From Candidatus Magasanikbacteria bacterium CG11_big_fil_rev_8_21_14_0_20_39_34 (lineage in GTDB: Bacteria; Patescibacteriota; Patescibacteriia; Magasanikbacterales; UBA922), in the NCBI GenBank assembly GCA_002787355.1, contig PCWN01000007.1, positions 184,996 through 248,995 on the forward strand: a stretch of DNA of 64,000 bases. The letters run 5' to 3'. A model generated the notes under the pieces. It ran no database searches and had not been told where the DNA came from. It saw only the letters and a program-made list of their open reading frames with translations. A program made the position numbers and the translations under genes. This document shows positions 38,387 to 48,402 of the stretch, one piece after another (the first letter of the stretch is position 1; every line of letters starts with the position of its first letter).

Positions 38387-39788
38387 AACGCAAAAACTTC
38401 ACTTTGATATAGATAGAAGTCTCTATGAAGAGGCAAATTTTGATAATTCAAAATTCAAATCGAAACCAGGTTTATCCAAAGAGGTAGTATATGAAATTTC
38501 AAAGCAAAAAAATGAACCAAAGTGGATGTTGGAAAAAAGACTTCAAGCTTTTGAACTTTTTGAAAAGACAGGAATTCCGCAATGGGGTCCAAATTTGAAA
38601 AATCTCAATTTAGACGAAATTATATATTTTGTACGTCCGAATACGCAGGAAAGTAAATCTTGGGATGATGTGCCGGATGAAATTAAAAATACCTTTGAAA
38701 AGTTAGGAATTCCACAAGCAGAAAGAGAAGCACTTGCTGGGGTTGGAGCACAGTATGATAGTGATGTGGTTTATCATAATATTAAGGATACACTAAAAAA
38801 AGAAGGAGTCATCTTTGAAAACATGGATGTGGCACTCCAAGAGCATGAGGAGTTGGTAAAGAAGTATTTCATGACACAATGTGTGCCAATAAATGATCAC
38901 AAGTTTGTTATGCTTCATGCCGCAGTTTGGTCTGGAGGGACATTCATTTATGTACCAAAAAATGTACGGGTAGAACTACCACTTCAAGCGTATTTTCGTA
39001 TGAATGCTGAGTCTGGTGGTCAGTTCGAGCACACCCTTATTATAGTTGATGAGGGAGCAGAAATTCAGTATATAGAGGGATGTTCTGCACCGCGCTACAG
39101 TACGAATTCACTCCATGCTGGTTGTGTAGAAATTTTTGTTCATAAGAATGCACGCGCAAGATATTACTCTATAGAAAATTGGTCAAAAAATACCTATAAT
39201 TTAAATACGAAACGTGCATTGGTAGATGAAAATGGAATAATTGAATGGATAAATGGTAATATGGGAAGTGGTACCACAATGTTATACCCTTCTTCAATTT
39301 TGCGTGGAAGAGGAGCAAAGTCAGATAGTTTAGGGATCGCCTTTGCGGGTGAAGGACAGGATCAAGATACCGGTGCAAAAGCTATTCATGTAGCTCCAGA
39401 TACAAAATCTACTATTCGTGCCAAGTCTATTTCTGCTCGAGGTGGAAAGAGTACCTATCGTGGCTATGTAAAAATTACCAAAGGCGCCATAAATAGTTCT
39501 GTATCGGTTGACTGTGATGCATTGCTTATTGATAATGGATCTACTTCAAATACACAGCCCTATATGAAAGTAGAAAACAATGAGGTGGATATTGCACACG
39601 AAGCCCGTGTAGGAAAAATTGGTGATGAAGAAATTTTTTATCTTATGAGCCGGGGATTATCAGAACAACAGGCGATGCAAATGGTAGTTTCAGGATTTAT
39701 TGAGCCCATAGTAAAGTCACTTCCTTTGGAATATGCACTTGAGCTGAATAAATTAATTGAGCTTGAGATGGAAGGTGCAATTGGATAG
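38376..39788 (+). CDS. sufB: Fe-S cluster assembly protein SufB.
   Basis: 470 aa with the SufB/SufD beta-helix core and the conserved C-terminal region. Confidence 0.9.
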   Translation: MSNKTQKLHFDIDRSLYEEANFDNSKFKSKPGLSKEVVYEISKQKNEPKWMLEKRLQAFELFEKTGIPQWGPNLKNLNLDEIIYFVRPNTQESKSWDDVPDEIKNTFEKLGIPQAEREALAGVGAQYDSDVVYHNIKDTLKKEGVIFENMDVALQEHEELVKKYFMTQCVPINDHKFVMLHAAVWSGGTFIYVPKNVRVELPLQAYFRMNAESGGQFEHTLIIVDEGAEIQYIEGCSAPRYSTNSLHAGCVEIFVHKNARARYYSIENWSKNTYNLNTKRALVDENGIIEWINGNMGSGTTMLYPSSILRGRGAKSDSLGIAFAGEGQDQDTGAKAIHVAPDTKSTIRAKSISARGGKSTYRGYVKITKGAINSSVSVDCDALLIDNGSTSNTQPYMKVENNEVDIAHEARVGKIGDEEIFYLMSRGLSEQQAMQMVVSGFIEPIVKSLPLEYALELNKLIELEMEGAIG

Positions 39789-39791
39789 TTA

Positions 39792-40799
39792 TTGAAAAAT
39801 ATGGACATACAAGTACAAAAATACGGCATAGGAATAATAAATACAGTGGAAAGAATGGATTCTTCTGGTCCTTTGGACTGTTCTGTTTCTTCTGACTCAC
39901 TTCAATATGATTTTCTTCCCCTTCAAGAAGCAAAGGAGAAAAAAAAGTATGCTAAATTCATTAAAAATAATTTATTTTTTTATAAAGAAAACATGGTATG
40001 TGGAAGTTCCTATTTTCTTTATGTTCCGCCCTTACAAAAAGGGAGATTGGACATTTTCCTCAAGGCCGAATTTCCTGCGCAGGGGGTCCTTTTATTGGCG
40101 ATAGACAAGGATACGTCTATAGATATTGTAGAGCATTCCGACTTTAAGGCTATGGCTGAGGTATATGTAGATATAGTGGCTATTTCAGGGAGTAGGGTAG
40201 AATATACAAAGCAAGTGGATGCAAATGAATTTCAGGTGCAAACGTCACATAGAGCAAAGATAATGGCTGAAAGTAGCGTTACATGGAATGAATATATAAA
40301 AAGCACAAAAAATGCATTGGTAAATGTAGAATCCTATTTGGAGCAACCGGGTGCGACATCTCATACCAAATCTATTATTTATTCCCTCAAAGAGGGTGTG
40401 TGCGATGTAAAGCACGAAGTATTTCACAACTCCGTCATGACCAATTCACATATATCTGCTGCAGGTATTGCAAAGGATGAATCAAAAAATATTTATAGAA
40501 GTTGCATTGATATAAAAGAAGGAGCAAAAAGGTCTTCTGGACACCAAAAGGCACAATTTTTGCAACTATCACCCAAAGCAGAAGTGGATGCCGTCCCTGC
40601 ATTGCAAGTTGAATGCCACGAAGTTCTCTGTAGTCATGGGGTCAGTATTACACGTTGTAAGCCAGAGGATATATTTTATATCACTTCACGTGGGATTGAA
40701 TCTACGCAAGCAGAAAATATTTTGGAAAGAGCCCATGTGTGTTCTATCATCGATTCTATGAATTCAACCGCGCAGGCGGAATTTGATCAATTACTTTAA
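39792..40799 (+). CDS. sufD: SufD-like Fe-S assembly protein.
   Basis: 335 aa placed between sufB and sufS, with a SufBD-type C-terminal region. It is divergent. Confidence 0.55.
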   Translation: MKNMDIQVQKYGIGIINTVERMDSSGPLDCSVSSDSLQYDFLPLQEAKEKKKYAKFIKNNLFFYKENMVCGSSYFLYVPPLQKGRLDIFLKAEFPAQGVLLLAIDKDTSIDIVEHSDFKAMAEVYVDIVAISGSRVEYTKQVDANEFQVQTSHRAKIMAESSVTWNEYIKSTKNALVNVESYLEQPGATSHTKSIIYSLKEGVCDVKHEVFHNSVMTNSHISAAGIAKDESKNIYRSCIDIKEGAKRSSGHQKAQFLQLSPKAEVDAVPALQVECHEVLCSHGVSITRCKPEDIFYITSRGIESTQAENILERAHVCSIIDSMNSTAQAEFDQLL

Positions 40800-42000
40800 T
40801 ATGAACAGTATACGAGAACAATTTCCTTTGCTTCGTACCTATAAAGATTTGGTGTATCTTGATAATGCTGCTACAACACAAAAACCGGAGAGTGTTATTA
40901 AGGCAGTGACGCGTTTTTATGAAAAACAAAATGCCAATGTACACCGAGGAGCTTATAAGTTGAGTGATATTTCGTCACAATTGTATGTGGAAGCACATAC
41001 ACGGGTGGCAAGTTTTTTGAATGCATACCCTGATGAAATTATATTTAACTCAGGAGCAACTGCAGGATTAAATACCTTGGCGTATGGTCTTACCAAAAAT
41101 CTTGAAAAGGGGGATAATGTTGTTTTGACTCGTATGGAGCACCACTCAAACCTTCTTCCTTGGATTGAGATGTCAAAAAGGCGTGGGTTTGAGGTGCGTT
41201 TTATCGGATTGAATCCTGAATCTGGGGAGCTTCTCGAAGAAGACATTGACACCTGTATTGATGAAAGGACACGGGTGGTGACATTTGTGCATACCTCAAA
41301 TGTTTTGGGAATTGTGAATCCAATGCATCGACTCATCACACGTGCAAAGGCAATGGGGGCGCTCACTGTTGTCGATGCGTGTCAGGCTGTTGCACACCAA
41401 AAAATAGATGTAAAAGCACTTGATTGTGATTTTTTGGTGTTTTCCGGACATAAATTATATGGTCCAACAGGAATTGGTGTTTTATATGGAAAAAAAGAAC
41501 GATTAGAAAAAATGGATCCGTTTCATTATGGAGGGGGAATGGTAGCAAGGGTGTCAGATCTCTCTATCGCTTGGAAGGATGCTCCCATGAAGTTTGAGGC
41601 TGGAACGCCTCATATTGCCGGAGCTATCGGTCTTTCTGCTGCACTGAAATATTTGGAGAACCTTGGTTGGGAAGAAATTTTTTCTCATACAGAAACACTT
41701 ACCAAGTATGCAACAGAGACACTTTCAAAAATAAAAGATGTAAAAATTTTTGGAAAGAATGCAGAAAGAAGGGGAATGATTGCTTTTGAAGTGGAAGGAG
41801 TACATTCACATGATGTAGCTCAAATTTTTGATAGTGAAAATATAGCGGTACGAGCAGGTCAACATTGTGCTACCCTTTTTGTTCAGGAGCTTACAGATAA
41901 TGGAATTGTACGTGCATCTATGGGAATTTATAATACCAAAAAGGATATTGACAAACTTATTGTTGGAATAGAAAAAGTGAAAAAAATGTTTCATGTATAA
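40783..42000 (+). CDS. sufS: Cysteine desulfurase SufS.
   Basis: 'LVYLDNAATTQKP', PLP-Lys 'FSGHKLYGPTGIG' and 'RAGQHCA' (active-site Cys). Confidence 0.9.
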   Translation: MINYFNMNSIREQFPLLRTYKDLVYLDNAATTQKPESVIKAVTRFYEKQNANVHRGAYKLSDISSQLYVEAHTRVASFLNAYPDEIIFNSGATAGLNTLAYGLTKNLEKGDNVVLTRMEHHSNLLPWIEMSKRRGFEVRFIGLNPESGELLEEDIDTCIDERTRVVTFVHTSNVLGIVNPMHRLITRAKAMGALTVVDACQAVAHQKIDVKALDCDFLVFSGHKLYGPTGIGVLYGKKERLEKMDPFHYGGGMVARVSDLSIAWKDAPMKFEAGTPHIAGAIGLSAALKYLENLGWEEIFSHTETLTKYATETLSKIKDVKIFGKNAERRGMIAFEVEGVHSHDVAQIFDSENIAVRAGQHCATLFVQELTDNGIVRASMGIYNTKKDIDKLIVGIEKVKKMFHV

Positions 42001-42382
42001 AAATATGCAAGATGTAGACATAGAACAAATGTACAAAGAGGCTATCTTAGAACTCAATAGAAACCCTTTGAATAAAAAAGTACTTCCTTATTTTAGCTTT
42101 GAACTATTTTCTTCAAATCCATCTTGCGGTGATGAATGTACCATTCAAGTACAGTTGGATAGAGATGGAAATATAGGAGATATTGGACATCAATCAAAAG
42201 GTTGTGCTATTTCTCAGGCTGCAATTTCACTTATTACAGAAGAAGTTAAAAACCAAAATATACAGGATGTAAAAAAGATTACGAAAGAGAAGATGCTTGA
42301 ATTATTAGGAATTCCAATTACACACACCAGACTTAAATGTGCTTTGCTTGGGTGGAGCATCTTACAAAAATTTCCTGAATAA
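41993..42382 (+). CDS. sufU: SufU/NifU-type Fe-S scaffold (sulfur acceptor).
   Basis: Three conserved Cys ('NPSCGDECT', 'SKGCAIS', 'LKCALLGW'). Confidence 0.8.
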   Translation: MYKNMQDVDIEQMYKEAILELNRNPLNKKVLPYFSFELFSSNPSCGDECTIQVQLDRDGNIGDIGHQSKGCAISQAAISLITEEVKNQNIQDVKKITKEKMLELLGIPITHTRLKCALLGWSILQKFPE

Positions 42383-42393
42383 CAAAAATATAT

Positions 42394-43122
42394 ATGTCAC
42401 TTGAAATAAAAAATATAACCGTCTCGGTAGAGGGAAAGAGTATTCTTGAGAATTTTTCACTGAATATAGAAAAAGGTGAAATCCATGCACTTATGGGTCC
42501 AAATGGATCAGGAAAGTCTACACTATCAAATGCTATAGCAGGACATCCAAAGTACAAAATAGAAAGGGGGGAAGTACTCCTGGATGGTGAAAATATACTC
42601 CCTCTTAAAGTAGACGAACGGGCGAAGCTTGGACTTTTTTTGTCCATGCAATATCCACCAGAAATACCGGGACTTTCCATTACCAATTTTTTGCGTACAT
42701 CAGTTTCTTCTCTCAAGGGGAAGAAGCAACATCCTATTCAATTTCATAAGGATCTCCTTCTTTGTATGAAAGAACTTGGGATAGAAAAGCAGTTTGCAAA
42801 TAGGTATCTCAATGTTGGATTTTCAGGTGGTGAAAAGAAAAAACTTGAAATTTTACAGCTCTCACTCATGGATCCAAAATATGCTTTGCTGGATGAAACT
42901 GACTCTGGTCTGGATGTGGATGCCTTAAAAACGGTATGTGAAGGTATCAAACAGTTTGCAAATAAAGAAAAAGGGATACTTTTAATTACTCATTACAATA
43001 GAATTCTTGAATATATTCAGCCAAACTTTGTTCATATTCTTATCAACGGAAAAATAGTAGAAACTGGTGATAAAAATTTGGCAGTTGAAATTGAAAAGAA
43101 TGGTTACAAAAAATATATATGA
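42394..43122 (+). CDS. sufC: Fe-S cluster assembly ATPase SufC.
   Basis: Walker A 'GPNGSGKST', ABC signature 'GFSGGEKKK' and Walker B 'ALLDETDSGLD'. Confidence 0.9.
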   Translation: MSLEIKNITVSVEGKSILENFSLNIEKGEIHALMGPNGSGKSTLSNAIAGHPKYKIERGEVLLDGENILPLKVDERAKLGLFLSMQYPPEIPGLSITNFLRTSVSSLKGKKQHPIQFHKDLLLCMKELGIEKQFANRYLNVGFSGGEKKKLEILQLSLMDPKYALLDETDSGLDVDALKTVCEGIKQFANKEKGILLITHYNRILEYIQPNFVHILINGKIVETGDKNLAVEIEKNGYKKYI

Positions 43123-43409
43123 GTAAGGAAAAAATTTTAGAAAGTTTAAAATCTATAGAGGATCCTGAAATAGGGCTGGATATTGTTACCCTTGGCCTTA
43201 TCTATGAGGTTGAAATTCAATCAAAAGATCATGTCCATCTTCTTATAACCTTTACATCTCCTATGTGTCCCTTTGGACCACAGCTTATAGGACAAATAGA
43301 GGATAAGGTAAGAGAATTGGGATATAGGTATCCGGAGGTAGAAGTTACCTTTGATCCACCCTGGAGTGCTCCAGAGGATCTTCGGGAAATTATGGGTTTT
43401 GTGATATAG
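43119..43409 (+). CDS. DUF59/MIP18-family Fe-S assembly factor (SufT-like).
   Basis: 'DPEIGLDIVTLGLIY' and 'FTSPMCPFGP' are characteristic of DUF59. Confidence 0.75.
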   Translation: MSKEKILESLKSIEDPEIGLDIVTLGLIYEVEIQSKDHVHLLITFTSPMCPFGPQLIGQIEDKVRELGYRYPEVEVTFDPPWSAPEDLREIMGFVI

Positions 43410-43411
43410 AT

Positions 43412-43711
43412 ATGAAAAAAATAGAAGTTTGTTGTGGAAAATCATGTTCAGGGATGGGTTCGAGAAGGATTCTTGATTTTTTGATTGCAAAGCTTGGCTT
43501 GAAACCAGGAGAAGAAAATGATACAATGTCGCTTAATACGTCTCCTTGCATGGGGTATTGTGCTCGGTCGCCCAATATTCGGATCAATGATGATCATTTC
43601 ATCTTTGGTGCAAATGTAAAAAATGTATTGTCAGATATTGAAAAAGGAGGAAAATACGTAGAACCCCAGATCTTGGACCTTACTGATGATTTTTTAAATG
43701 ACCTTTCGTAA
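43412..43711 (+). CDS. Thioredoxin-like [2Fe-2S] ferredoxin.
   Basis: Cys pattern 'CCGKSCSG...SPCMGYC' (C-x4-C...C-x3-C). Confidence 0.65.
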   Translation: MKKIEVCCGKSCSGMGSRRILDFLIAKLGLKPGEENDTMSLNTSPCMGYCARSPNIRINDDHFIFGANVKNVLSDIEKGGKYVEPQILDLTDDFLNDLS

Positions 43712-43715
43712 ACCT

Positions 43716-44066
43716 ATGGACTCAAATGAAATCATAAAGAAAAATAATCAAGTTGCTGAAGAAAATTTGGCTATCAAAAAACCAGAGGATTTAGAAAATT
43801 TTGACAACATTTCTCAAGGTGTTCGTGTTATAAAAGAGGGGAAGATTAGACGCATTGTGGTTGATAGACAGGCCTGTATTGGGGCGCGATCCTGTGTTGT
43901 GGTGGCAGAAGATATGTTTCAAATGGATGACGAAGATCTTGCATATATCACAGATCCAGAGAGCTATGATGATGAGGAAACGGTAAAGCTCGCCGCAGAA
44001 GCATGTCCGGTACTCGCAATTCATCTCTATGATGAACAGGGGAATAAGTTATTTCCGGAAGAATAA
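43716..44066 (+). CDS. Ferredoxin-like small protein (single [4Fe-4S] or [3Fe-4S] type).
   Basis: 'CIGARSCVVVAEDMF...CPVLAI' spacing resembles Bacillus-type ferredoxins. Confidence 0.55.
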   Translation: MDSNEIIKKNNQVAEENLAIKKPEDLENFDNISQGVRVIKEGKIRRIVVDRQACIGARSCVVVAEDMFQMDDEDLAYITDPESYDDEETVKLAAEACPVLAIHLYDEQGNKLFPEE

Positions 44067-44093
44067 AAAAAGGCCTTTGAAAGGCCTTTTTTG
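44064..44093. terminator. Bidirectional terminator between the suf operon and clpB.
   Basis: AAAGGCC-tttgaaa-GGCCTTT flanked by A- and T-runs. Confidence 0.75.
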
Positions 44094-44102
44094 TTGTATA
44101 AA

Positions 44103-46748
44103 CTATTTTTTTGCAAGCGTAAGGGTATCATCTTTGAGATCAACTTTAATTTTGTCTCCAACTTCTACTTCTTCTTCAAGGATATCCATAGCAAGCTTAT
44201 CCATGAGTTGTGATTGTATAACACGTCTGAGTGGTCGTGCCCCTAGATTGGGATCAAAACCTTTCTTTCCAAGCCAGTCTTTTGCCTTTGCCGTTACGTT
44301 AAGTGTAATATTTTTTTCTTGAAGTCTATGTTGAAGATTTTCAAGTTGTAAGTCAACAATGTAACGAATATGTTGCTCGGAGAGGGGATGGAACATAATT
44401 ATTTCATCTACTCGGTTAAGAAATTCAGGTTTGAAATGCTCACGAAGTACTTCCATAACTTTTTGTTTTACCTGACTTTCATTTTCCTTTATTCCCCCTT
44501 GGTTGTTTTCTCCAAAACCAAATTCTCCGGTTCTTCCCATTTGCATAATAAGCTCAGAACCAATATTACTGGTCATGATAATAACGGTATTTTTGAAGTT
44601 TACTTTTCGTCCTTTTGCATCAGTAAGTTGTCCATCTTCCAAAATTTGAAGCATGACATTAAATACTTCTGGATGAGCTTTTTCAATTTCATCAAAAAGA
44701 ACTACGGAGTAGGGGTGACGTCGAATTTTTTCTGTAAGCTGTCCACCTTCTTCATAACCAACATAACCAGGGGCAGCACCCATCATTTTCGAAACAGAAT
44801 GCTTTTCCATGTATTCACTCATGTCTACTCGTACAACGGCGTCTTCATCATTAAACATAAACTCCGCCAACGCCTTTGCGAGTTCTGTTTTTCCAACTCC
44901 AGTTGGTCCCATAAAAATAAAGGAACCTATTGGACGTTTTTCTTCAGATATCCCCGCACGAGAACGACGAATAGCATTTGAAATAGCTTTAATCGCTTCT
45001 CCCTGGCCCACCACACGTTCTGAAAGAGCATCTTCCATTCGAGCGAGTTTCTTTTTTTCATTTTCAAGCATCTTTTGAACCGGAATTCCTGTCCAGCGTG
45101 ATACCACTTTTGCAATATCCTCTTCATCCACTTCCTCCTTGAGAATAGCGCGTCCTTTTTGTATGTCATAGAGTTTGAGTTGCATTCGTTTTATATCCTC
45201 TTCAAGTTGAGGGACTTCTCCATAACGAATTTCTGCAACTTTTTGTAAGTCACCACGACGTTCGGCAATTTCTGCGGTTTGCTTGAGCTTATCAATCTTC
45301 TTTTTATTTTCTTTGATATTCATGATAATATCTCTTTCATTTTTCCAGTGTACTTCCAATTCATTACTTTCCTCACGAATATTTTCCAATTCTTGTTTGA
45401 GCTTCTTGAGTTTTTCTTTAGAGATTTCATTTTTTTCTTCTTTTTGTAAGGCCTTCATTTCAACCTCAATCTGCATCATTTTTCTTTTCATTTTGTCTAA
45501 GTCTGCCGGCATGGATTCAATTTCCAAACGGAGTGCAGAAGTAGCCTCATCAATAAGATCAATTGCCTTATCTGGGAGAAATCTATCGGTAATATAGCGG
45601 GAAGAAAGTTCAACAGCTGCAACAATTGCAGAGTCAGTAATACGTACACCATGGTGTACCTCATATTTTTCTTTTATACCACGCAAAATACCAACGGCAT
45701 CCTGTTTACTTGGCTCTTCAACCATTACTGGCTGAAATCTGCGTTCAAAGGCGGCATCTTTTTCTATGTATTTTTGGTATTCTTTTATAGTGGTCGCCCC
45801 AATAGTAAATAATTCACCACGAGCGAGTGCTGGTTTTAACATATTGGAAGCATCCACTGATCCTTCGGAAGATCCAGCACCTACAATGGTGTGAAGTTCA
45901 TCAATAAACAAAATAATTTGACCAGCACTTGCGGTAACTTCCTTGAGCACTGCTTTGAAACGTTCTTCAAATTCACCACGAAATTTGGTTCCCGCAACGA
46001 GCGCACCGACATCAAGACCAATAAGTTCTTTGTCTTGTAAACTCTCAGGAACGTCTCCATTTACAATACGTTGTGCAAGCCCTTCAACAATAGCCGTCTT
46101 TCCAACCCCTGGTTCTCCAATGAGCACCGGATTATTTTTAACACGGCGAGTAAGCACTTGCATGACTCTACGAATTTCTTCATCACGACCAATGACAGGA
46201 TCAAGTTTTTCTTTTCGTGCCAGCTCTGTAAAGTTCTTTCCATATTTTTCTAGAACTTGATATTTTTTTTCAGGATCTGGAGAGTCAACTTTTTGGCTTC
46301 CACGAACTTCTGCCAATACTTTAAGAACTTTTTCATAGGTAACCAACTCAGTTGCAAGAATGTCTGAAATGGGATTTTTGGTTCGCAAAAAAGCAAGAAG
46401 AATATGTTCAACCGAAATATATTCATCTCCCATTTTTTGGGATTCTTCTTGTGCACTTTGAAGCACACCCATCATGGGTTGTCCCATAACGACTTGTCCC
46501 ACACCACCTATTGGACGAGGGCCATAATATTTAGGTATGGCTTCAATCATTTTTTTCATGTCTACCTTAAGAGAGATGAGATTTGAATCAAGCTTTTTTA
46601 GAAGTGAAACCACTAAACCATCCTCTTGTAAAAGGAGCGCTAAAAAGAGATGTGGGGGATCAATCTGAGGGTGTGAATGCTCAAAAGAAATTTGTTGAGC
46701 CTCTTGGAGGGCCTCTTGGGTTTTGTGTGTAAAGTTATTTGGTATCAT
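44103..46748 (-). CDS. clpB: ATP-dependent chaperone ClpB.
   Basis: Two AAA+ modules (Walker A 'GEPGVGKT' and 'GPTGVGKT') with a long middle coiled coil, which marks ClpB. Start taken at the second Met 'MIPNNF'. Confidence 0.95.
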   Translation of the reverse strand: MIPNNFTHKTQEALQEAQQISFEHSHPQIDPPHLFLALLLQEDGLVVSLLKKLDSNLISLKVDMKKMIEAIPKYYGPRPIGGVGQVVMGQPMMGVLQSAQEESQKMGDEYISVEHILLAFLRTKNPISDILATELVTYEKVLKVLAEVRGSQKVDSPDPEKKYQVLEKYGKNFTELARKEKLDPVIGRDEEIRRVMQVLTRRVKNNPVLIGEPGVGKTAIVEGLAQRIVNGDVPESLQDKELIGLDVGALVAGTKFRGEFEERFKAVLKEVTASAGQIILFIDELHTIVGAGSSEGSVDASNMLKPALARGELFTIGATTIKEYQKYIEKDAAFERRFQPVMVEEPSKQDAVGILRGIKEKYEVHHGVRITDSAIVAAVELSSRYITDRFLPDKAIDLIDEATSALRLEIESMPADLDKMKRKMMQIEVEMKALQKEEKNEISKEKLKKLKQELENIREESNELEVHWKNERDIIMNIKENKKKIDKLKQTAEIAERRGDLQKVAEIRYGEVPQLEEDIKRMQLKLYDIQKGRAILKEEVDEEDIAKVVSRWTGIPVQKMLENEKKKLARMEDALSERVVGQGEAIKAISNAIRRSRAGISEEKRPIGSFIFMGPTGVGKTELAKALAEFMFNDEDAVVRVDMSEYMEKHSVSKMMGAAPGYVGYEEGGQLTEKIRRHPYSVVLFDEIEKAHPEVFNVMLQILEDGQLTDAKGRKVNFKNTVIIMTSNIGSELIMQMGRTGEFGFGENNQGGIKENESQVKQKVMEVLREHFKPEFLNRVDEIIMFHPLSEQHIRYIVDLQLENLQHRLQEKNITLNVTAKAKDWLGKKGFDPNLGARPLRRVIQSQLMDKLAMDILEEEVEVGDKIKVDLKDDTLTLAKK

Positions 46749-46768
46749 AGGTGTAAAATTAGGTGGTT

Positions 46769-46795
46769 TTATCACTCTATATGTGTGAGTGATAA
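46769..46795 (-). promoter_or_regulatory. CIRCE-like inverted repeat (HrcA operator) in the clpB leader.
   Basis: TTATCACTC-N9-GAGTGATAA compared with the CIRCE consensus TTAGCACTC-N9-GAGTGCTAA. It lies immediately downstream of the clpB -10. Confidence 0.6.
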
Positions 46796-46796
46796 T

Positions 46797-46824
46797 ATTG
46801 TAACATAACTTGAAATTATGTCAA
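46797..46824 (-). promoter_or_regulatory. Sigma-70-like promoter of clpB.
   Basis: On the minus strand: TTGACA, 16 nt, then TACAAT. Confidence 0.6.
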
Positions 46825-46874
46825 TATATGCTAATATTATAGCATAATTAAGAAAAAAATGCGTAATTTGAGCT

Positions 46875-47621
46875 ATGAGAAGAGATGTTTTGGGGGTACA
46901 TATTGATAGCGTAACTATTGAAGAAGCGCTCAACAGAGCTCAAGGATTTTTAGAGGGAAATTCGGGGAATACCATTTTTACCCCCAATCCAGAGATGCTG
47001 GTAGAGGCACAGAATAACCCTGTATTCCGTGAGATACTCAATACTGCTAGTTTGAACCTTTGTGATGGGGTTGGAATACAACTTCTCTTGGGAGGAAAGA
47101 TAAAACGAATTCCTGGGGTAGATTTTGTATATAAGCTTTGTGCTTTAGCAGAAAAAAGAGGGGATTCTCTGTACCTTTTGGGTACAGGAAGCAACTCTAT
47201 TCTTGAAAAAACTGTAGAGGAGCTTACAAAAAAATTTCCAAACTTACATATTGTAGGATATCATCGGGGAGTAGACATTACCCTAAAAAATGGCTTTCAT
47301 ATATTAGATGAAAAGGAAAATGATAAATTAATTGATAATATTATTTCTGTAGCACCAAAAATTTTACTTGTTGCATTTGGGCACTCAAAGCAAGAACAGT
47401 GGATTTATACTTTCCTTTCAGAGCTTCCAAGTGTACGAATAGCTGTTGGTGTTGGAGGTTCTTTTGATTATATTTCGGGAGAAGTGAGTCGTGCCCCAAA
47501 GATATTGAGAGTTATAGGGCTTGAGTGGTTATACAGACTTTTGCTTCAACCGAAAAAAAGATTTAAACGCATCATTAATGCAGTTATTATATTTCCTTTT
47601 ACTTTTTTGTTTAAAAAATAA
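46875..47621 (+). CDS. tagA: WecB/TagA/CpsF-family glycosyltransferase (N-acetylmannosaminyltransferase-like).
   Basis: 'FTPNPEM...LNLCDGVGI' and the overall family pattern. Confidence 0.8.
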   Translation: MRRDVLGVHIDSVTIEEALNRAQGFLEGNSGNTIFTPNPEMLVEAQNNPVFREILNTASLNLCDGVGIQLLLGGKIKRIPGVDFVYKLCALAEKRGDSLYLLGTGSNSILEKTVEELTKKFPNLHIVGYHRGVDITLKNGFHILDEKENDKLIDNIISVAPKILLVAFGHSKQEQWIYTFLSELPSVRIAVGVGGSFDYISGEVSRAPKILRVIGLEWLYRLLLQPKKRFKRIINAVIIFPFTFLFKK

Positions 47622-47627
47622 AATTGT

Positions 47628-48395
47628 ATGCTAGCAAAAAGTGTTCTCACACATATCAACAAACTTCAACAAAAAAAATACCGAAAACAGTACGAACAAT
47701 TTTTAGTAGAAGGGATAAAAGGAGTAGAAGATGGCTTGAGATCAGGACAAGTGGAAATGGTCATTCTTGAGGGTTCAAAACGGGATGAATCGGCCTATGC
47801 GCTTCTACAGAAAATGGCTTATAAACGACAGGTGGAAGTTCAATTTTGTGGGAGACAGGATATAGGACACATCAAAACGACTCAGACTTTTCCAGGCGTT
47901 TTGGGTATTTGTAGAATGGAAAACGCGGCTTTGGATGAAGTTCTGGGTGGAACCCTTATCTGCTTGGATGGTATAAAAGATCCAGGAAATTTAGGTACTA
48001 TTATTCGGACGGCAGATTGGTTTGGTTTTCAAAATATTCTTTTATCCGGAGATTGTGTGGATCCCTACAATGATAAAGTGGTCCGCAGTACCATGGGTTC
48101 TATTTTCCATGTGCGAATTTGTAAATCCGAAGATTTTGTACATGACTTGAAGATTCTCAAAAATGAGGGGTATACCCTTTCGAGCTTTGTTATGGATGGT
48201 CAGCCATTTGAAAAAATTCGTATAAATAAACGGCAGGCTTTTTTCTTCGGTTCAGAGTCTCACGGGGTATCTGAGGCGGTTGAAAACCTTATGGATAAAC
48301 GATATACTATATCTGGTAACGGCAATGCAGAGTCACTCAATGTAGCGATTTCGTCAGCAATTGTCATGCATACACTCTTCACTCAAAGTAAATAA
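47628..48395 (+). CDS. SpoU/TrmH-family RNA 2'-O-methyltransferase.
   Basis: 'LICLDGIKDPGNLGTIIRTADWFG' and the C-terminal SPOUT motifs. Confidence 0.8.
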   Translation: MLAKSVLTHINKLQQKKYRKQYEQFLVEGIKGVEDGLRSGQVEMVILEGSKRDESAYALLQKMAYKRQVEVQFCGRQDIGHIKTTQTFPGVLGICRMENAALDEVLGGTLICLDGIKDPGNLGTIIRTADWFGFQNILLSGDCVDPYNDKVVRSTMGSIFHVRICKSEDFVHDLKILKNEGYTLSSFVMDGQPFEKIRINKRQAFFFGSESHGVSEAVENLMDKRYTISGNGNAESLNVAISSAIVMHTLFTQSK

Positions 48396-48402
48396 TTATA
48401 AT

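Noticed and set aside
44370-44981. 203-aa ORF on the plus strand.
   Set aside because: It lies entirely antisense within clpB, has low-complexity hydrophobic composition and shows no start context. It is a shadow ORF.
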